The notes: generated by a model not told the origin, from the letters alone. Shown: positions 38,629 to 52,194, numbered from the whole stretch's first letter. The stretch: DNA of 59,195 nucleotides, filler included, from Sphacelaria rigidula (GCA_964200075.2; 8 parts of 8 records of this genome joined end to end with filler, not necessarily neighbours in it), one strand, 5' to 3'. A program made the numbers and translations.

Positions 38629-41287
38629 GAACAGTTATCGATACTGCCGGAGGAATAAAACGTGGAATATATATCCTAGGGTTCATTACTCGACCGACGA
38701 GATGAGACAGGACAGCTGTATTGAATTCTGAACCCTCCCACGGGCGGTGCTTGCACGACCCCGTACTAATAGTTTAATCGAAATCGCCAGACTTTGTGCG
38801 TGCAATACTCGTACTATACACCGGAATGTAATGAGAATCCTTTTGAAAATGTCACACACTGCAGTATGACAATATATTACGTTGTCAACAAGTGTACTCA
38901 TTGTCAAAAAGTGTACCGAGTACAGTATGGACCTTATTGGCCACTGCAGTAAATGCAACAGTCGATACTGTACGCAGTACACCCTTTGACAAGTGTGATC
39001 TTTTGTTCAGGATGCGGAAAACATTTCCACTTTCCCTTATCTGAGGTGATCATGTGATCGTCGACATAGATGAAAATCTGGAAAAAAGATAACTGGGAGC
39101 CACGGGATAACGTCGATACCTTCTCCTTGTTCTCAGCGTCACCTAGGTATGTGGAATGCTGCACATAATCCTCGTGAATCGGAATTAAAAAAGCGGTCGA
39201 GGATTGTTACCCTTCGTGGTGGGACCAGCTTGTAAGGTACTCGTGTACTTTATAAATGGCAGATACTGTTGTTGAGGATGTGTAACTAGAACTAGAGATT
39301 GCAGATATCGACATATCAATACCATCGACGATATCATCATTCGTACCACCGGGATTTTCAAAAACCGATACATGGAGAATATGTCGATATGCGCGTCAGT
39401 TCGGGGTGGACAAACAACTTTGCCGTTAAATTGAGCCAACGAATGTGGTCCGCTACGACAAATGGTGCAAGTTGTTCGGTGATACAATAACCACATAGAT
39501 TTGACATTGGATAGTCCTTACCCCAGGCTGACCTCGAGCAGTTTTCGGCAATGCAGCCACTCGAGTTCAGAACGATTGACTGTGAGCGCCAGCAGATAGA
39601 TGCAAGGATACTTGCGTGTGAAAGTCGGTCTTCAAGTAAAAAATGACGTTCCACCTGTTATGCTGACTCGATAGATCGATAGCAGCCGTGGCCGATCAAA
39701 GGCTTATACATACTTGAAGTTAGTTTCTTAGCCCTGATCCGCTAGAAGATGAGTAGAGAATAACTAAAAACCGCCATGGCTCGCCTCTACACTGCAGTTC
39801 GGTCAAATCGTTGCTCGACGTTACGTTTTGACGACTGCTCCCTCAGGTATCGATCGTTTATTTGCGATATTTGTGTGAGACAGGCGATTCGACGTATGGG
39901 GTGTGAACCTCTGGTATGTCGGGTGATCTATTATTTTGAGGTAGATCGATTTCATGGACCATACCAGGGCCTTTACTCCTGACTGCGTATCGAATATCTT
40001 CGCTTGTCTCGACTTCAGAGGGAATAAATCAAGGGTGCCAAAGCATGGTTGCTGTGCACGATAACATGCAAGTCCACACTCGAAATGCGGACACGGAAAA
40101 AAAAGAGCCTGCGAATTTTATGTCCTTTTTTTTTTCTCGGGGATCAGCTCACATTCGTGTGGCATCAACGCTGCAGTATTCGATGGCGGCCCTACGTGCA
40201 TAGGCATGTGCTGGCAACACTCAATTATCTCCATCTCGAACACTGATATCGAAGACAGCAGAGCACGACTGTACCACCGTACCGGTGCCAACAACATGTG
40301 ATTTGTGAACCTTTAGCTCATGACTTGAAAACTGGTCGAGGAGAGAGCTCGGTGAAGGGTTATGGTTTTGATTTGGGTTTGTGGCGACTATGAATAGTGT
40401 GGAGAGCACGTTCCGGACGTGTCTGTGGTTTCGTGTTACTGTAGGGTTTCCTGGACATTCACCAGAGGTCGTTCGTAACCGCCACAAATTGCTAGCCTGC
40501 TGGTCCCCCAGGAGAAACTCACCCTCTTCAGCACTTGCAACAAGTGCAGGCTCTGCATTACATCTACGAACCTAGACTCTACAGCTACAGCACCGACACA
40601 AGGCTTGCTGTAGCCAGTCTTCCGTGAGAACATGTTGTTCTTGGGCTTGTCCGCGACAAAGGTCATGCGACGGTGATGGCGTGATCCCCGGCGGTTGCCG
40701 ACTTCATGTACTTCAACGAATATACGAACGACTTGAGCTCGCACTGTGTCGAGAAGTAAGCTACAGCAGGGCCGGCTATTTGCAGAGTAAATTAACTTTA
40801 CATGCTGTCGTGCAGATGGCCGACATTAGCCATGATCGGTGTCCTACGGTCCAAGCTCCAGCACTCTGCTATGCGGGTACACCTCACCACTACTGTCTGT
40901 ACCAGTACAATGTGGTGTCCATCTCTGTCAAGTAGTGTAGTTGTATACGAGTAATGCCGCGAGGGCTGAGTCACGCGGCGCTCAGAGCATCATCTTGGCG
41001 AATGCGCGTGACCTATCTGGACTAATATAATGGTGGATGCAAAGGATGGTTTCAGGTCGGGAGAGGGGGTACACTCATGATATTGCATGCCGTAGTCATA
41101 AGACATGATACCGTTGACATCGCATCCCATTCAAGCCGGGACGGAGCACGACGGGCTTCCGCCGGACCAGGCATGCGATCAATCACCAAGCGTGACAGCG
41201 CTGTACTGTATTTGGCGAGTCTAATGAAGGGTGTGCTGCATCCTCCTAGATTGCGTCCTGATTATCTTTCATATGGATAAGCCGGTC

Positions 41288-41640
41288 GCCCCGGTGGCTC
41301 TGTTGGTAACCTCGAAACCTTCTGACGGTTGGGTCGTGGGTTCAATTCTCGGAGCGATCTGGGATTTTTTCTCACACCATGCTCAACAGTGGAGAGCGAC
41401 CATGTCGTGAGTACTATTCACGAAGTTCGACTTAACGGTCGACGGGGGAAAGGGACTGCTGGATCCCTCTCGCGGTCATAGGAAAGGCGAACACCGCAGA
41501 AGGAAGGCGGGATACTAGAAACAAATAAAAAAGAAAAAAACTCCTGTGTCAACCTTCCTCCGGTGTGATCCCGGTTGATGCACCCGCATACACCGAAAGG
41601 TGTAGACCGGCGTCCAGAATGGATGGGACGACAACACACA
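41288..41640 (+). mobile_element. tRNA-derived SINE
   Basis: Head gccccggtggctctgttggtaa (A box)..ggttcaattc (B box); body motifs agagcgaccatgtcgtg and aacaccgcagaaggaagg are shared with 53219-53345 and 54040-54180. Confidence 0.75.
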
Positions 41641-42222
41641 TGGATAATAACCTGGAATTAATTGCTTCATTTTCTAGTATCCCATCTTCCGGTAAAGGAC
41701 GGGGGAAGGGGGGAGGGGGGGGGTCCTGTACCGTCATTGCGGTAGCTGACTGACACGACACGCACCTCATGCATCCCGCTGGTGCTGCTTGAGAAACGCA
41801 TTTCCTCTTCTTCGAAAATCGAAAAGCGACCTCAATCACCCCGCCCCTCTCCAGCATAGTCATGAATTGGGGGGGGCGTTTTGGGCTATACTCCTATATT
41901 CTACCGCCTTCTCTGGATATCCCCGTGTGGTACTGTAACCACTCCATGTACTTATGTGTCATGCTTTCGCTATTGTGCACGGTAGAGGTAGAGGGGACGT
42001 AAATATCCCGCTTCACAAGCCAATGGGCGGCAAAGACAGTCGAGGACACACCGCCACTCGCAATATGACGTCGAACCCCAAGTGAGCTGCGCCTACAGCG
42101 TCATCGGGCCGTTATTTTAGTACCTATCAGAGTGGCACCCGTGTTGGCAAGTACGGCACAGTGACAGTGCCCAGGCAGGCACCACAAACACATAAGCACA
42201 CACACCCTTAGCATTTTCATAC

Positions 42223-42567
42223 CTCGGCATTCGCATCTCCAGGTGAGTGAGCAGCCTCCTGCTCCAGCATCCGCAATACCTCATTCGACGGGCCTCCGCT
42301 GCCACTAGAGAACACCCCCCGTGAAGGACGCCAAATAATCGGCTGCTCCTGCCTAGCCATGTACCTCCCACCACCTTCCCTCAGCAATCCGTTCCCCCTC
42401 CAAACCCGCTGTTGTGGCACTGTCATCCCGGACCTGGAAATCCGCGCCACATTCCGCGCACCCCCCACCCCCGCTACCGACAGTAACCGCGTACTAGCTG
42501 CACTAACGTGGTGCTGTTGTTTCACGACTGCTCTTGCTGCCCGCGCTGCCCTTACTAGAGACGACAT
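42223..42567 (-). CDS. First exon of a mitochondrion-targeted protein, probably the i-AAA protease YME1/FtsH4-like
   Basis: Arg/Ser/Ala-rich, acid-poor presequence MSSLVRAARAARAVVK..., then LRMLEQEAAHSPGDANAE resembling the LExEAxxxPxDAxxQ N-domain of YME1/FtsH4; donor GAG|GTATGA. Confidence 0.62.
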
Positions 42568-44272
42568 GGTGCTATGCTGCAGTCAGCTACACGACTGCTT
42601 GCTGAACTATACTACGCTGCGCTGAGCCGCTAAGATGGTGACTGTGCTGTACTATAATACAGTGTACCGAAGTTATACTGCAGTGTGGAATATTTGCCTG
42701 TACTATGATGATAGGAGTATCGTTCCCGTAGTTGCGGAAAGACACGTGAGTCACCGGAGAGGTCAGCCGGCGTGGTCCCTGCGCTGTTCGCTCAATTATT
42801 GTATTTTTTTTCTCGATCAACTGTAGTGGAATATGACAATATTCTGCGCTATCAACTGTAGAACATGATACTTGCTTAGGTCTACAGTACTCACAGGTAG
42901 TCGGGCAACTAATCGACATCGTATCTCTTGTTCACCGAGCGAGTAGCTTGTCTTCTATTACTGTTGCAAACTGTCGTACGCTACACCACCTGCTCTTTTA
43001 CAGCAGCCAGGCGCGCCGATGAAAAATCCCGATAATATCGGCATACACATCTACTACCACATTACAGTCAAGCCGGTATTTAGTTTTCCTCTAGATCCTG
43101 GACCAACCAACAGCCAACCCCTGTTGTGAACAGGAGTTTGCTCAGAACATTAATCATACCTGTGCGCAGCGACGTCCTGACATTCCGAGTCTCTCAGAAT
43201 ATCTATTGTTGCGACAGTGAAGTTTTGGCGCTCAATCATTCCCCCGTACTACATTTTCGGAATGGTATCGCTATTATTCCCTCCACATGCGGGTACATGC
43301 CATGTGCTCTTGACGGTTCTGTGTCATGGTTGTATTCACTATAAAATACGTAATGTACTGTGCTGTACCGCGGTACGGACTGTACTGATGTGCAGGTAAG
43401 ATGGGGTGAGGGGTGAGACGCAATTTTGCTTAAGGGCGGGGAACAACCAACCCGCAACATCACCGAAAGATGTATGCCTATAGTCACAATCGAACCATAC
43501 GCCTTTGCTACAAATATCACGATTGTGTCTCGGCCCGCACACGACCAGACACATCGATTCTTCCTACCGATATCACTTACTTTACTGTATACTCGCAACT
43601 CGCACTGCTATTGACGCGCAAGTTACCCGCGAATTAGCGCTGAGAGTATCCCTCCCTGATCATGAAAGAGGTATATTTGGCTTCTTTTTTCAACGTCAAA
43701 CGACCCGCACACCAAAGTATGGTGTCGCATATCCAACGGATGATCCAATCGATACGATATCAATATCGAGAACAGGAATATCAGCGAGCGCAGCGAGCGC
43801 CTAACGACCTCCCCCAGTTGGTGAGGAGGGCCCGCTGAAGGCTGTGCCAGAGGCAGAAAATTTGGCGCAATTTGGCTTAATTTCTCATCAAAAGCGCCCT
43901 GATCGGCACCACTTGTCTCCGCAAGTGTGAACCTATCTTGATTGATCTTTCGTCAAAATGTACTTTCATAGAACATTTACAATAGAAAACACATGCATGA
44001 CACCATGTCTGCACCCTGCTGGGATTAATGCAATGAGGAAGCAGTACTTGTCGAGGATGTCCACATCAAAAATCATGATTCCTGCTGATGTTGCGCCTTA
44101 CTATAATAGATGCCTGTAGCTGCAGAATCTACGAGGTGTAGGATGGACGATGCTATTTTGAGGCGATCTTGGACTACAAGTCAGCGATTCGCCATGCAAC
44201 GCTGTGGTGTCCCATACACGTGAAAAAAATAAACGATGACCACATACATCATAAAAACACTAGAATTCCTGC

Positions 44273-44307
<35 letters not shown>

Positions 44308-45764
44308 TTCTCCTCTCTCTCGCGCGGTTTGCAGGATAAGGCAGGAGCGTGCGGACACGACCAGAGAGGAAATNNNNNNNNNNNNNNNNNNNNNNNNNNN
44401 NNNNNNNNNNNNNNNNNTTAATTAATTAANNNNNNNNNNNNNNNNNNNNNNNNNNNNNNNNNNNNNNNNNNNNCCTCCACAGGTTACTTCTTCCGAATAA
44501 GAGCTTGTCCTCGGTGCTTCTGCTACAAACAGTTCGCAAGTCGGGCTGCCCACTTGAGCCTCAATTCAGAGTTAAATCTCAATTCGCACAATTTGCTGTC
44601 AATTGTTTACCATAGCCAGCTGCTGATCTCGTGTCACCCCTGGTCTATTATGTTCTTCGAGAGTGAAGCTAGTATCACCTTGTGATCAGACCACGACATG
44701 GTGACCAACCGATGAGATAACCAGTACTACTCAGTCGCATCGCTGTAGAGCTGTCCTGTTTCACGTTGTGTTTGCATACAGTGTAGAGTCAGGCTTTGTG
44801 TTCAAGCTTGGAGTCGGCCAAGCACCGGCCAGTGTCTTTCGGGCAAAAACAATGTCATGCCGTTTCGTTTCTGGAAGCAACCATCGAGCCGGCCAGGTCG
44901 CAGCTGTCTTGTGCTTTGATATTTCCCACGCCAAAGTAGCACTGTAAGTACATCCTGTCGTGCACCCTCATACACGGTCCTGCGTGTTCACGGCGTGGTT
45001 ACGCACGCACTCCATCGCTACAACAGAATGCTGCAGACAGCATGCGTTCGCCTGTGCACGAGCTTGCGCTGGAAAACGAGCGAATTTTGAAAAATCTGTT
45101 CGCGCGTCCCAGGGCAGTTCACATTATTTTACAGGAATTTTGGATGTTACTGTACAGTACAACGTGTGCATTGTGTACTCATTGCTTTGTAGGCTGCAGG
45201 TGAGTGCTATTGTCCCACTATTAGAGAATGAAGTGAAGTGGCCCGAGACGGTAACCGGCGAACATGCGGGCGAAGAGTGCACATGGCCAGCAGTTGAGGG
45301 TGAAATCCATCTGGAGGTAGGCATATGCACAGACTGTTGATTGCTTGCGAACAGTCAGATATTGGGAGACCGCACTTCGCGTGCAATGTGCGCGGTTGAG
45401 ATGTGTATTTCATGTCACGCTCCCATTAGATAAGGTGCAGCGGTACCTACCATGCTAGCCAGGTACGTGATCGCATGGTGTTTGCAGTGTACTCTGTGCT
45501 GTGGCAGCGTGTTTACTGTGCAACTTTGTACCAAACAAGGACTGCTGGAGCAGTTGCTCGGACTATTCTGCGTGAGTCCAATTGAATTTCTGACGAACAT
45601 ACGGGCTTCTATGCTGGAGTCATCCTGGCGGCGAAACATGTTCAACGCCCGGCAAATGACGAATGGCCCCTAGTATGATTGATTGATGTGTGGGATTGTG
45701 GAAAGTAATTGCACGAGTCAAGTCGTATGGATTCGCTTCCGCTCCACGCCACAACGTGTCGCCA

Positions 45765-45872
45765 CTACATGGGATCGTCACAACACTTCATGGGACCGTC
45801 ACAACACTTCATGGGATCGTCGCAACACTTCATGGGACCATCACTACACTTCAGAGGACCGTCGCTACATGG
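45765..45872. repeat. 21-bp minisatellite (catgggaccgtcacaacactt), about 4-5 copies, upstream of the Gypsy gag
   Basis: Direct tandem copies visible; possibly within the LTR or 5' UTR. Confidence 0.85.
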
Positions 45873-46738
45873 GTTTTTTCACGCCGGGAAATCGGGGGCA
45901 ACCAGTGCCGTTGCTCGGCAGCAGTAGATACACCGATGGTATAAGTGATTAAACGCGGAGCTCGTGCCTTGATTTTGTATTGTCCACCCTTTCACTGCTG
46001 TAGGGCTCCGTCGCGTCCGGTCCCCCCCTTCGCAGTGACCTATGGTTCTATTTCAATTATATTTTTTCTACCTTTGTTTCGTTGAGTTTTTTTTGGAATA
46101 ATTTCATGTATCTCATTTGTTTTGGGCACAACGGCCCTTATTTACTTGATTGATGCGATATTTCATTCGTTACGCCCGGTTATATTTTTCCGTTTTTTCC
46201 CGCTACCATCACACTAATGTTTCAAATATATGGGTGTCTTTTCTTTTTTCGCTACAGTCCTTTCGAAAGCAGCAATTTCCATGCGGCACGTGAACATCAG
46301 ACGATCTCACACTAACAATATGTTCCCCCGTCCGCCCCTGCCGCTTTCGCTGTTCGATTTTGCTCGCCCCGTACGCACCTGCGCAACGCTACGACTCATA
46401 TCATGGTCGTCGGTGTCGCACCATACCGTGTCAATGACCGGGACCTTCCTTATCGCCATCTCGCATGTGCAAACACCCATGCGTGTATTTTACCATTCTT
46501 ATGATGTTTTCCGCACAACTTACTCATGTTTCGCTACCTCCAGCCCTTATCGCATGCCGCTCTTTGACGATTGATAGAAATGTCTGCTCCCAACAGCCAC
46601 TCCGATAACCACGGTAGCAGCACCAACGCCGCCTCTGCAAACAATCCGCAGGCCAGCGACCCCCACCGCCTATGAGTAGGTCGAGCAGGCGATCTAGGGG
46701 CTGTTGCGCCCCGCCACCCCTATCACCTACGCAGCGGC

Positions 46739-48865
46739 GTGCCACCCGACATCCAGGGGAGCGGCAGTGGCGGTGGTGCTGTCGGGGGCCTCGACCCCCG
46801 GGCGTTTCCCCCCAGCACCGTGCACCACGGAAGCCACGAGGATCTCGTTCGTCGCTCCCCATCGACGCATCACAGGCAGGATAACAGGGATATCAGACCC
46901 TCGACTTCCCGCTCTCGAAGCCGCCACCGCTCTCGCTCCCGTTCACGGGCAGAGCGCCGTTCTCGCTCTCGCTCCCGCCGCCACCGCTCCCGCTCCCGCT
47001 CTCGCTCCCGCTCTCGCTCTCGCTCCCGCCGCCGCCGCTACCGCCGAAACTCTCGCTCGCCCTCCCGCGGCAGGCGTCAACACTATGCCACTAGGTGGGG
47101 ATCCCGGGAACGTTGCCACCACCGGGAGGAGCACAGGGCGTACCAGCAGCAGGCGGATGCCGGTTGGCTAAGGCGCTGGGGTTGTGATGCACCAGGAGTA
47201 GCAGCTGGAGCTGCGGTCCAAGGTCTGGAATCCAACCAGTTGGCGAAGGTGAGCGAACGCGTACGAAGGCGTATTACGCGTCGTCGACCATGCCCAGTGT
47301 ACGCAGGACCAAGTGCGGGGGAACTATCGGTTGTCAACAGCGCTGTCGTGCTGCAACACCAGATATGGTCGACGCTGCGTGCAATGGACCAAGGAGTTAT
47401 GAAAATGCCGGAAGATGAATACGTCAACGGTAAGTGGGTAACACAAACAGATCAGTACTACGCCCACCGGCGCGACCTCCTGATCGAGTTGCTGGCAGAA
47501 ACCAGCGGTACATTTACGTCCTCAACCGCAGCGGATCGGGTAGACGTCTATCGAATCACGGGCGAAACCGACACCGTCTCACATGAATCCGTTACTATGA
47601 CCGACTGGCTACGGATCCTTGTCCGTGAAGAAGTGATGACGAACGGAGCTACTAAGTTTATACACGCTGCACTAGACACCATCACCTTAGGTGCCAATGA
47701 GTCGTCGAGTGCGGGGGCGCAACGGGTGTTGCTAGCATTTCGCGCGAGTTTAGCTAACCCAGACCGACCATACAGTACCGAAGCCATGTACTTCTGGCGA
47801 TTTGTCACCGCCCGGCAGCTAAGCGAGCTTTACGACCGTACTATCCGAGTCATTCTGCCTAACCCGGTTGATAGACTAGGTCTACAGTCGATCTTCCACG
47901 AAAAGACACACGAAATCTGGGCCAGGCTGCAGCCTCTGGAGAGCGAGTGACACAATCCTATGGTGTAAGCAATGCAAAGAAGGGGGGACGTAGCCAAGAG
48001 TCTTCACGAGGATTTCATCCGTATCGTGTGCGCCCGCAGCGTAGTATACAGCGACGACAGTCACGCCCGCCCTCAACCGCGGACCAGCAACGGCGGCGTG
48101 GAATCTGGTAGATTATTTCCACTCGAGGAAGTAAGGAACTTGCTACAGTCGCCCCCGGAGGTCGCCGCAATGCTCCAGCAAACTAACCCGGGGTCACCTC
48201 TCTTCCCCGAAGTGCCGCCCGCCCTGTCAGCCCCTGCTGCGTCCTCTAGTTCTCAGGCGTTAGCTGGCCACCACTCGGCAGCACCTTCCGTCGCGGCGTA
48301 CAACAACCCCCTGGCGGTCTCACCGGGCTCATACGGCGTGCCCTTCATGCAGCAAAGTTCGACACCCATCAACCCCCGTCCTCGCGCCACGACTCCGGGT
48401 CATGCCGTCGCACCCCCGCGACAGATTTGCAGCAAAAAACCCGGCACCGCCGTCTGGCAGCGCTTCGCCGCCACCGACACCCGCCACATCCACCCAACCA
48501 GTCGGTCCGGCCTCTGCTCCCGAACCATCCGCACTGCCGATTCCCGCGGGACGCGAGGCAGTGGTTACCTTCTTACGTGATCGTAAAATCTGTTTCGGTT
48601 ACGCATTCACCGGCTCGTGCCGTCACCGGGGCAACACCCCTGTCCCTGGACGCACGGTATCCTCCCTGCCGCACGCTACAGCGGCCTACCGTCCCGCCGC
48701 AAGACGGCCATTCCCCAACGCCGGCTAGCCGTGCTTACGGAGGCGCAATACTTGGCGGCAATCGACCTGGGTCTCATCGGCGAAGGCGACGACGATGACG
48801 GCGAGGAAATGCTGAGCGCATCCATAAGCAAGGCCGCCGCTGGAGACACACGAGCCGACGCGTGA
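46739..48865 (+). mobile_element. Ty3/Gypsy gag-like ORF (disrupted) with N-terminal RS-dipeptide tract, Pro-rich region and C-terminal Cys/His finger-like motif
   Basis: 403-aa ORF continues in the same frame past two stops into ORF 47972-48580; KICFGYAFTGSCRH motif near 48585-48627 in a shifted frame; lies immediately upstream of PR-RT. Confidence 0.72.
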
Positions 48866-48999
48866 AGGCGCGCCCCAGGTGCAATTGACCTGGGGAACCT
48901 CCGCCGCCCCAGCGCCACCACAATATCCCAGCGTCGAGGAAGCCAGCTTTGGGTGACGGGCGAGATCTGGCACCGACGGCGTCTCCGTCGGCCGTGGCT

Positions 49000-50562
49000 G
49001 ATAGAAGTATTGCTGGACACGGAGCGGGAGGGGGCAACTATATGTCAGGAACGTTGTGACGCAGCTTACACAAGGCTAACATCCTGGACGATACGCCAAA
49101 CCCCGAGGCGGCAGGTGCTCTCTGTGCAGCTAACCCATCCCAGAGTAAGGTTCCCCCAATGCGCGTAATCGGTTCCGTAACTGTGCCCTCGCTTTTGACC
49201 TCCGAGTCACGGGTCCGTAATGTACCAGTGCGAGTAGTGGAGGGCCTGCCGTACGGCTTCCTTTTAGGAGCATATTATTTTCGGTACAATAACAGTATCC
49301 TAGATTTCGCCCCAGGAAAAGGGTTCCACCCCTCGCCAGCGGCACCATGGATCCCGTTCCTGACGAGCGAAAATTCTACTTACCACATTCAAGATATATT
49401 GGTAGCCCTGTACACCGTGACGGAAACCACCGCCCCCCTAGCTGCGCTCGCTTGTCCGTCCATCCACAACTACCCCAGCTACCGTGACATAGCTGTGGAA
49501 GACGACAGTACCCTAGAGTGGAAGCTGCGCTTGGTCGGACCAACGATCACACTCAGCGGCTTCGTCAGCGCCGCGGTAGAAACAGCCACGATCGGTCCTC
49601 AACCACAGGATAAGCAGCTTGTGCTTGTACTCCCACAAACAAATTTCGACCTGGACACGGGGGCAGAGGTGGGGATCGCGAAGGGAGTATCGTGGTGGCA
49701 GCCGGGGTCGTCGGTGTGCTGTAAACTTGTAAATAGAAGTAAGGAGCAGGTGGCGGTGAAACCTACTGGCACGATCGCGCGTATGATAGCACTGAACGTA
49801 CGCGATCCCACCAGGTTTCACTCACTGTTTAACCCCCACCCGTCTACGACAGACCCCCCCGTGGACCTCCCATCCCGCGCCTCACGTTCAGACAGTAGTT
49901 GCTCGGCCCAACCAAATCCTAAGGTCAACGTGGAGGACGCCAACATGGGCCAGCTTGGAGTAGCGGAAAAGAGAGTGCTGGTAGACACGCTGCTGAGCTT
50001 CATCGAAGCTGGCTTGTTCCCCACAGACCCCAAGCGGGTTCCCGCTTGTATCAACGGTGAGCTTGAACTCCCCCTCACTAACGAGTCATGTAATGTACGC
50101 CATTCGCAGCTAAGCAACGTCGATTTTCCCCGGAGGAACGTCACATGATCCGCGAAGAGATACACGAGCTTCTTGATCGTGGGATCATTCGACCCTCCAC
50201 CTCCCCGTGGGCAGCCCAGTGCCTATGCGTGAAGAAAAAAGACGGCACCCTGCGCTTGTGCATTGATTGGCGTGAACTGAACAAACTTTTAGTGTCGGAC
50301 AGCGGGGGTCTCGGGGATATGCAATCCATTTTCGACGGCCTCAAAGGTAAGCGTTACTTCACCCAACTCGACCTGGCCTCCGGTTTCCACCAAATCGAGA
50401 TCGCGGAGAAAGATCGCTTCAAAACGGCGTTCCGAGATGTAGATGGCCTCTTATACGAGTTTACACGAGCAGGCTTTGGTCTAACAGTCCTACCCGCCGC
50501 GTTCACCCGTCGGGTAAAAGGTACGGTAGGACAGTTGGCTGGAGTGTTCACTTGGCTTGACG
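49000..50562 (+). mobile_element. Ty3/Gypsy pol: aspartic protease, spacer domain and N-terminal half of RT; frameshifted and truncated
   Basis: EVLLDT/GAGGGNYMS (DTG, 1-nt frameshift), LPYGFLLGAYY, then GIIRPSTSPWAA..VKKKDGTLRLCIDWRELN..FTQLDLASGFHQI..KTAF..YEFTRAGFGL..WLD. Confidence 0.93.
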
Positions 50563-51700
50563 GTCTAGCAGGACGAAGGTCTCCATATCACATCTCATAC
50601 GGTGACTTAGAGTCAGGGTTAGCAGAGCACGCTGTGTGGTCAAGTGCCTCGCAAGCCTAATACATTGCCTCAGCCCAGAGTCTGTCAGTCTTAGGTAACT
50701 GCACATGCCCAAGCAGAACTTTCGTCTGAATACGAGCCGCCATAGCGGCCTCCTCAATCAATCCCAATCCACGCTCTGCAACACCGTTATATCGGGGACT
50801 GTAAGCCGGAGTGAACTCTTGTTTGATCAATAGCTCATTGCACACGGATGCAAACTCTCCTCCGAAAAACTCTCCTCCATTGTCAGATCTAGCAATCTCA
50901 ACCAATGATGGGGTTCCATCAGCACGCACACTAGCAAGAAAACTTCGGGAAGCACTCCCAGCGTCTGATTTACTTCTCAGGAAATACATCCATGCACGCC
51001 TTGTAAAATCATCCTTCACAATCATGCGGGAGTGTTCGCCCCTTACGGACGCAACGTCCTCCCTCCCAGGTCAACAAAAACTCTGCTCATTTTTTTTTCT
51101 TCCGATCTATGTTTAGTTTCATGAGCAATTCCTGTCCTAATTGCCGTCGACATCGGACATCCCGTGCATGCATGCATGTCACCGGTCAACTCGGTACCTA
51201 GTCGTTTTGCAGTAGTACGAAGTAATCCCCCGAGCATAAATATTACGGAACACGTTCACATCCCATCTTCTTTTGATGCTTGGAGCTTGAAGGAGTGAGG
51301 ATAGCCCACACCGAACCAACAGAGTCATCTCCCAGACGATACGCAGTCACAATTAGCATGACATCGAAGTTCTAAAAAGTAACATGTCCGTCGTAAGCAG
51401 TCATCTCACCATGAAAACCTCCAAGATCATTCCATGACTTTCCATCAAACTTTACGCTGGGGGAAAAGAGGTTATACCCTAAATTGGGAGAGTGCAACAC
51501 GTTTTCCAACTCTACCGAAAATTCGCAGTCAGCAGTCACAAACACCAACTCCAGTGTTCCAGAGAGTGGTACCTCACAAGTCACGCCACCAACCCCTTTT
51601 ACGTTCTTGTGGCAAGGCTTTATATCCTTCATACAAGAGAAGGTAATTCACGAACAGCATCATCACGAAACAAGCAGTTCACGCAGCATGACATCGTAAA
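50561..51700 (-). mobile_element. Ty1/Copia pol fragment: protease region, GAG-pre-integrase and rve integrase core; degraded
   Basis: LENVLHSPNLGYNLFS, CTGC..RVFVDLGG, IVKDDFTRRAWMYFLRSKSD..RSDNGGEF..QEFTPAYSPRYNGVAER..LWAEAM..KSPYEM; D-D-E core recognisable. Confidence 0.93.
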
Positions 51701-51909
51701 ATGCTACCAGACGCGTCAGATCACTCGAGTTGAGTCATCCTACGATAGGGGGGGGGGTATCTGGTTCCACGAAAAAAGAGGCTCNNNNNNNNNNNNNNNN
51801 NNNNNNNNNNNNNNNNNNNNNNNNNNNNTTAATTAATTAANNNNNNNNNNNNNNNNNNNNNNNNNNNNNNNNNNNNNNNNNNNNACGAAAAAAAGAGAAA
51901 AAAAAGGGG

Positions 51910-51944
<35 letters not shown>

Positions 51945-52194
51945 AGGGGGGGGGGGGGGAGGGGCAGGAAGCGATCGATTTTTCTCCTCGACTTCTGTGA
52001 GAGCGCGCTGCTCTGACGCCAGGAGATGCGTCGTCAACGGAAAACATTTCGTGGACACCGTTCGGTGAAACGCAATCAATCTTGGCGTCCAATAGTGCAG
52101 GGTAGAAAAAATCAAGGTTGCGCGTCATGATTTTCCCGGATGATATATCCCGTATAGCACCCGCGGAAAGAGAGATGCATCACTGTTTGCTGAC

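Noticed and set aside
38934..39164. RT YVDD motif (IFIYVDDHMITS) on the minus strand
   Set aside because: Isolated motif with no other recognisable RT domains nearby
40523..40744. Second exon of the YME1-like gene
   Set aside because: Plausible splice sites, but no reading frame resembles the expected YME1/FtsH continuation
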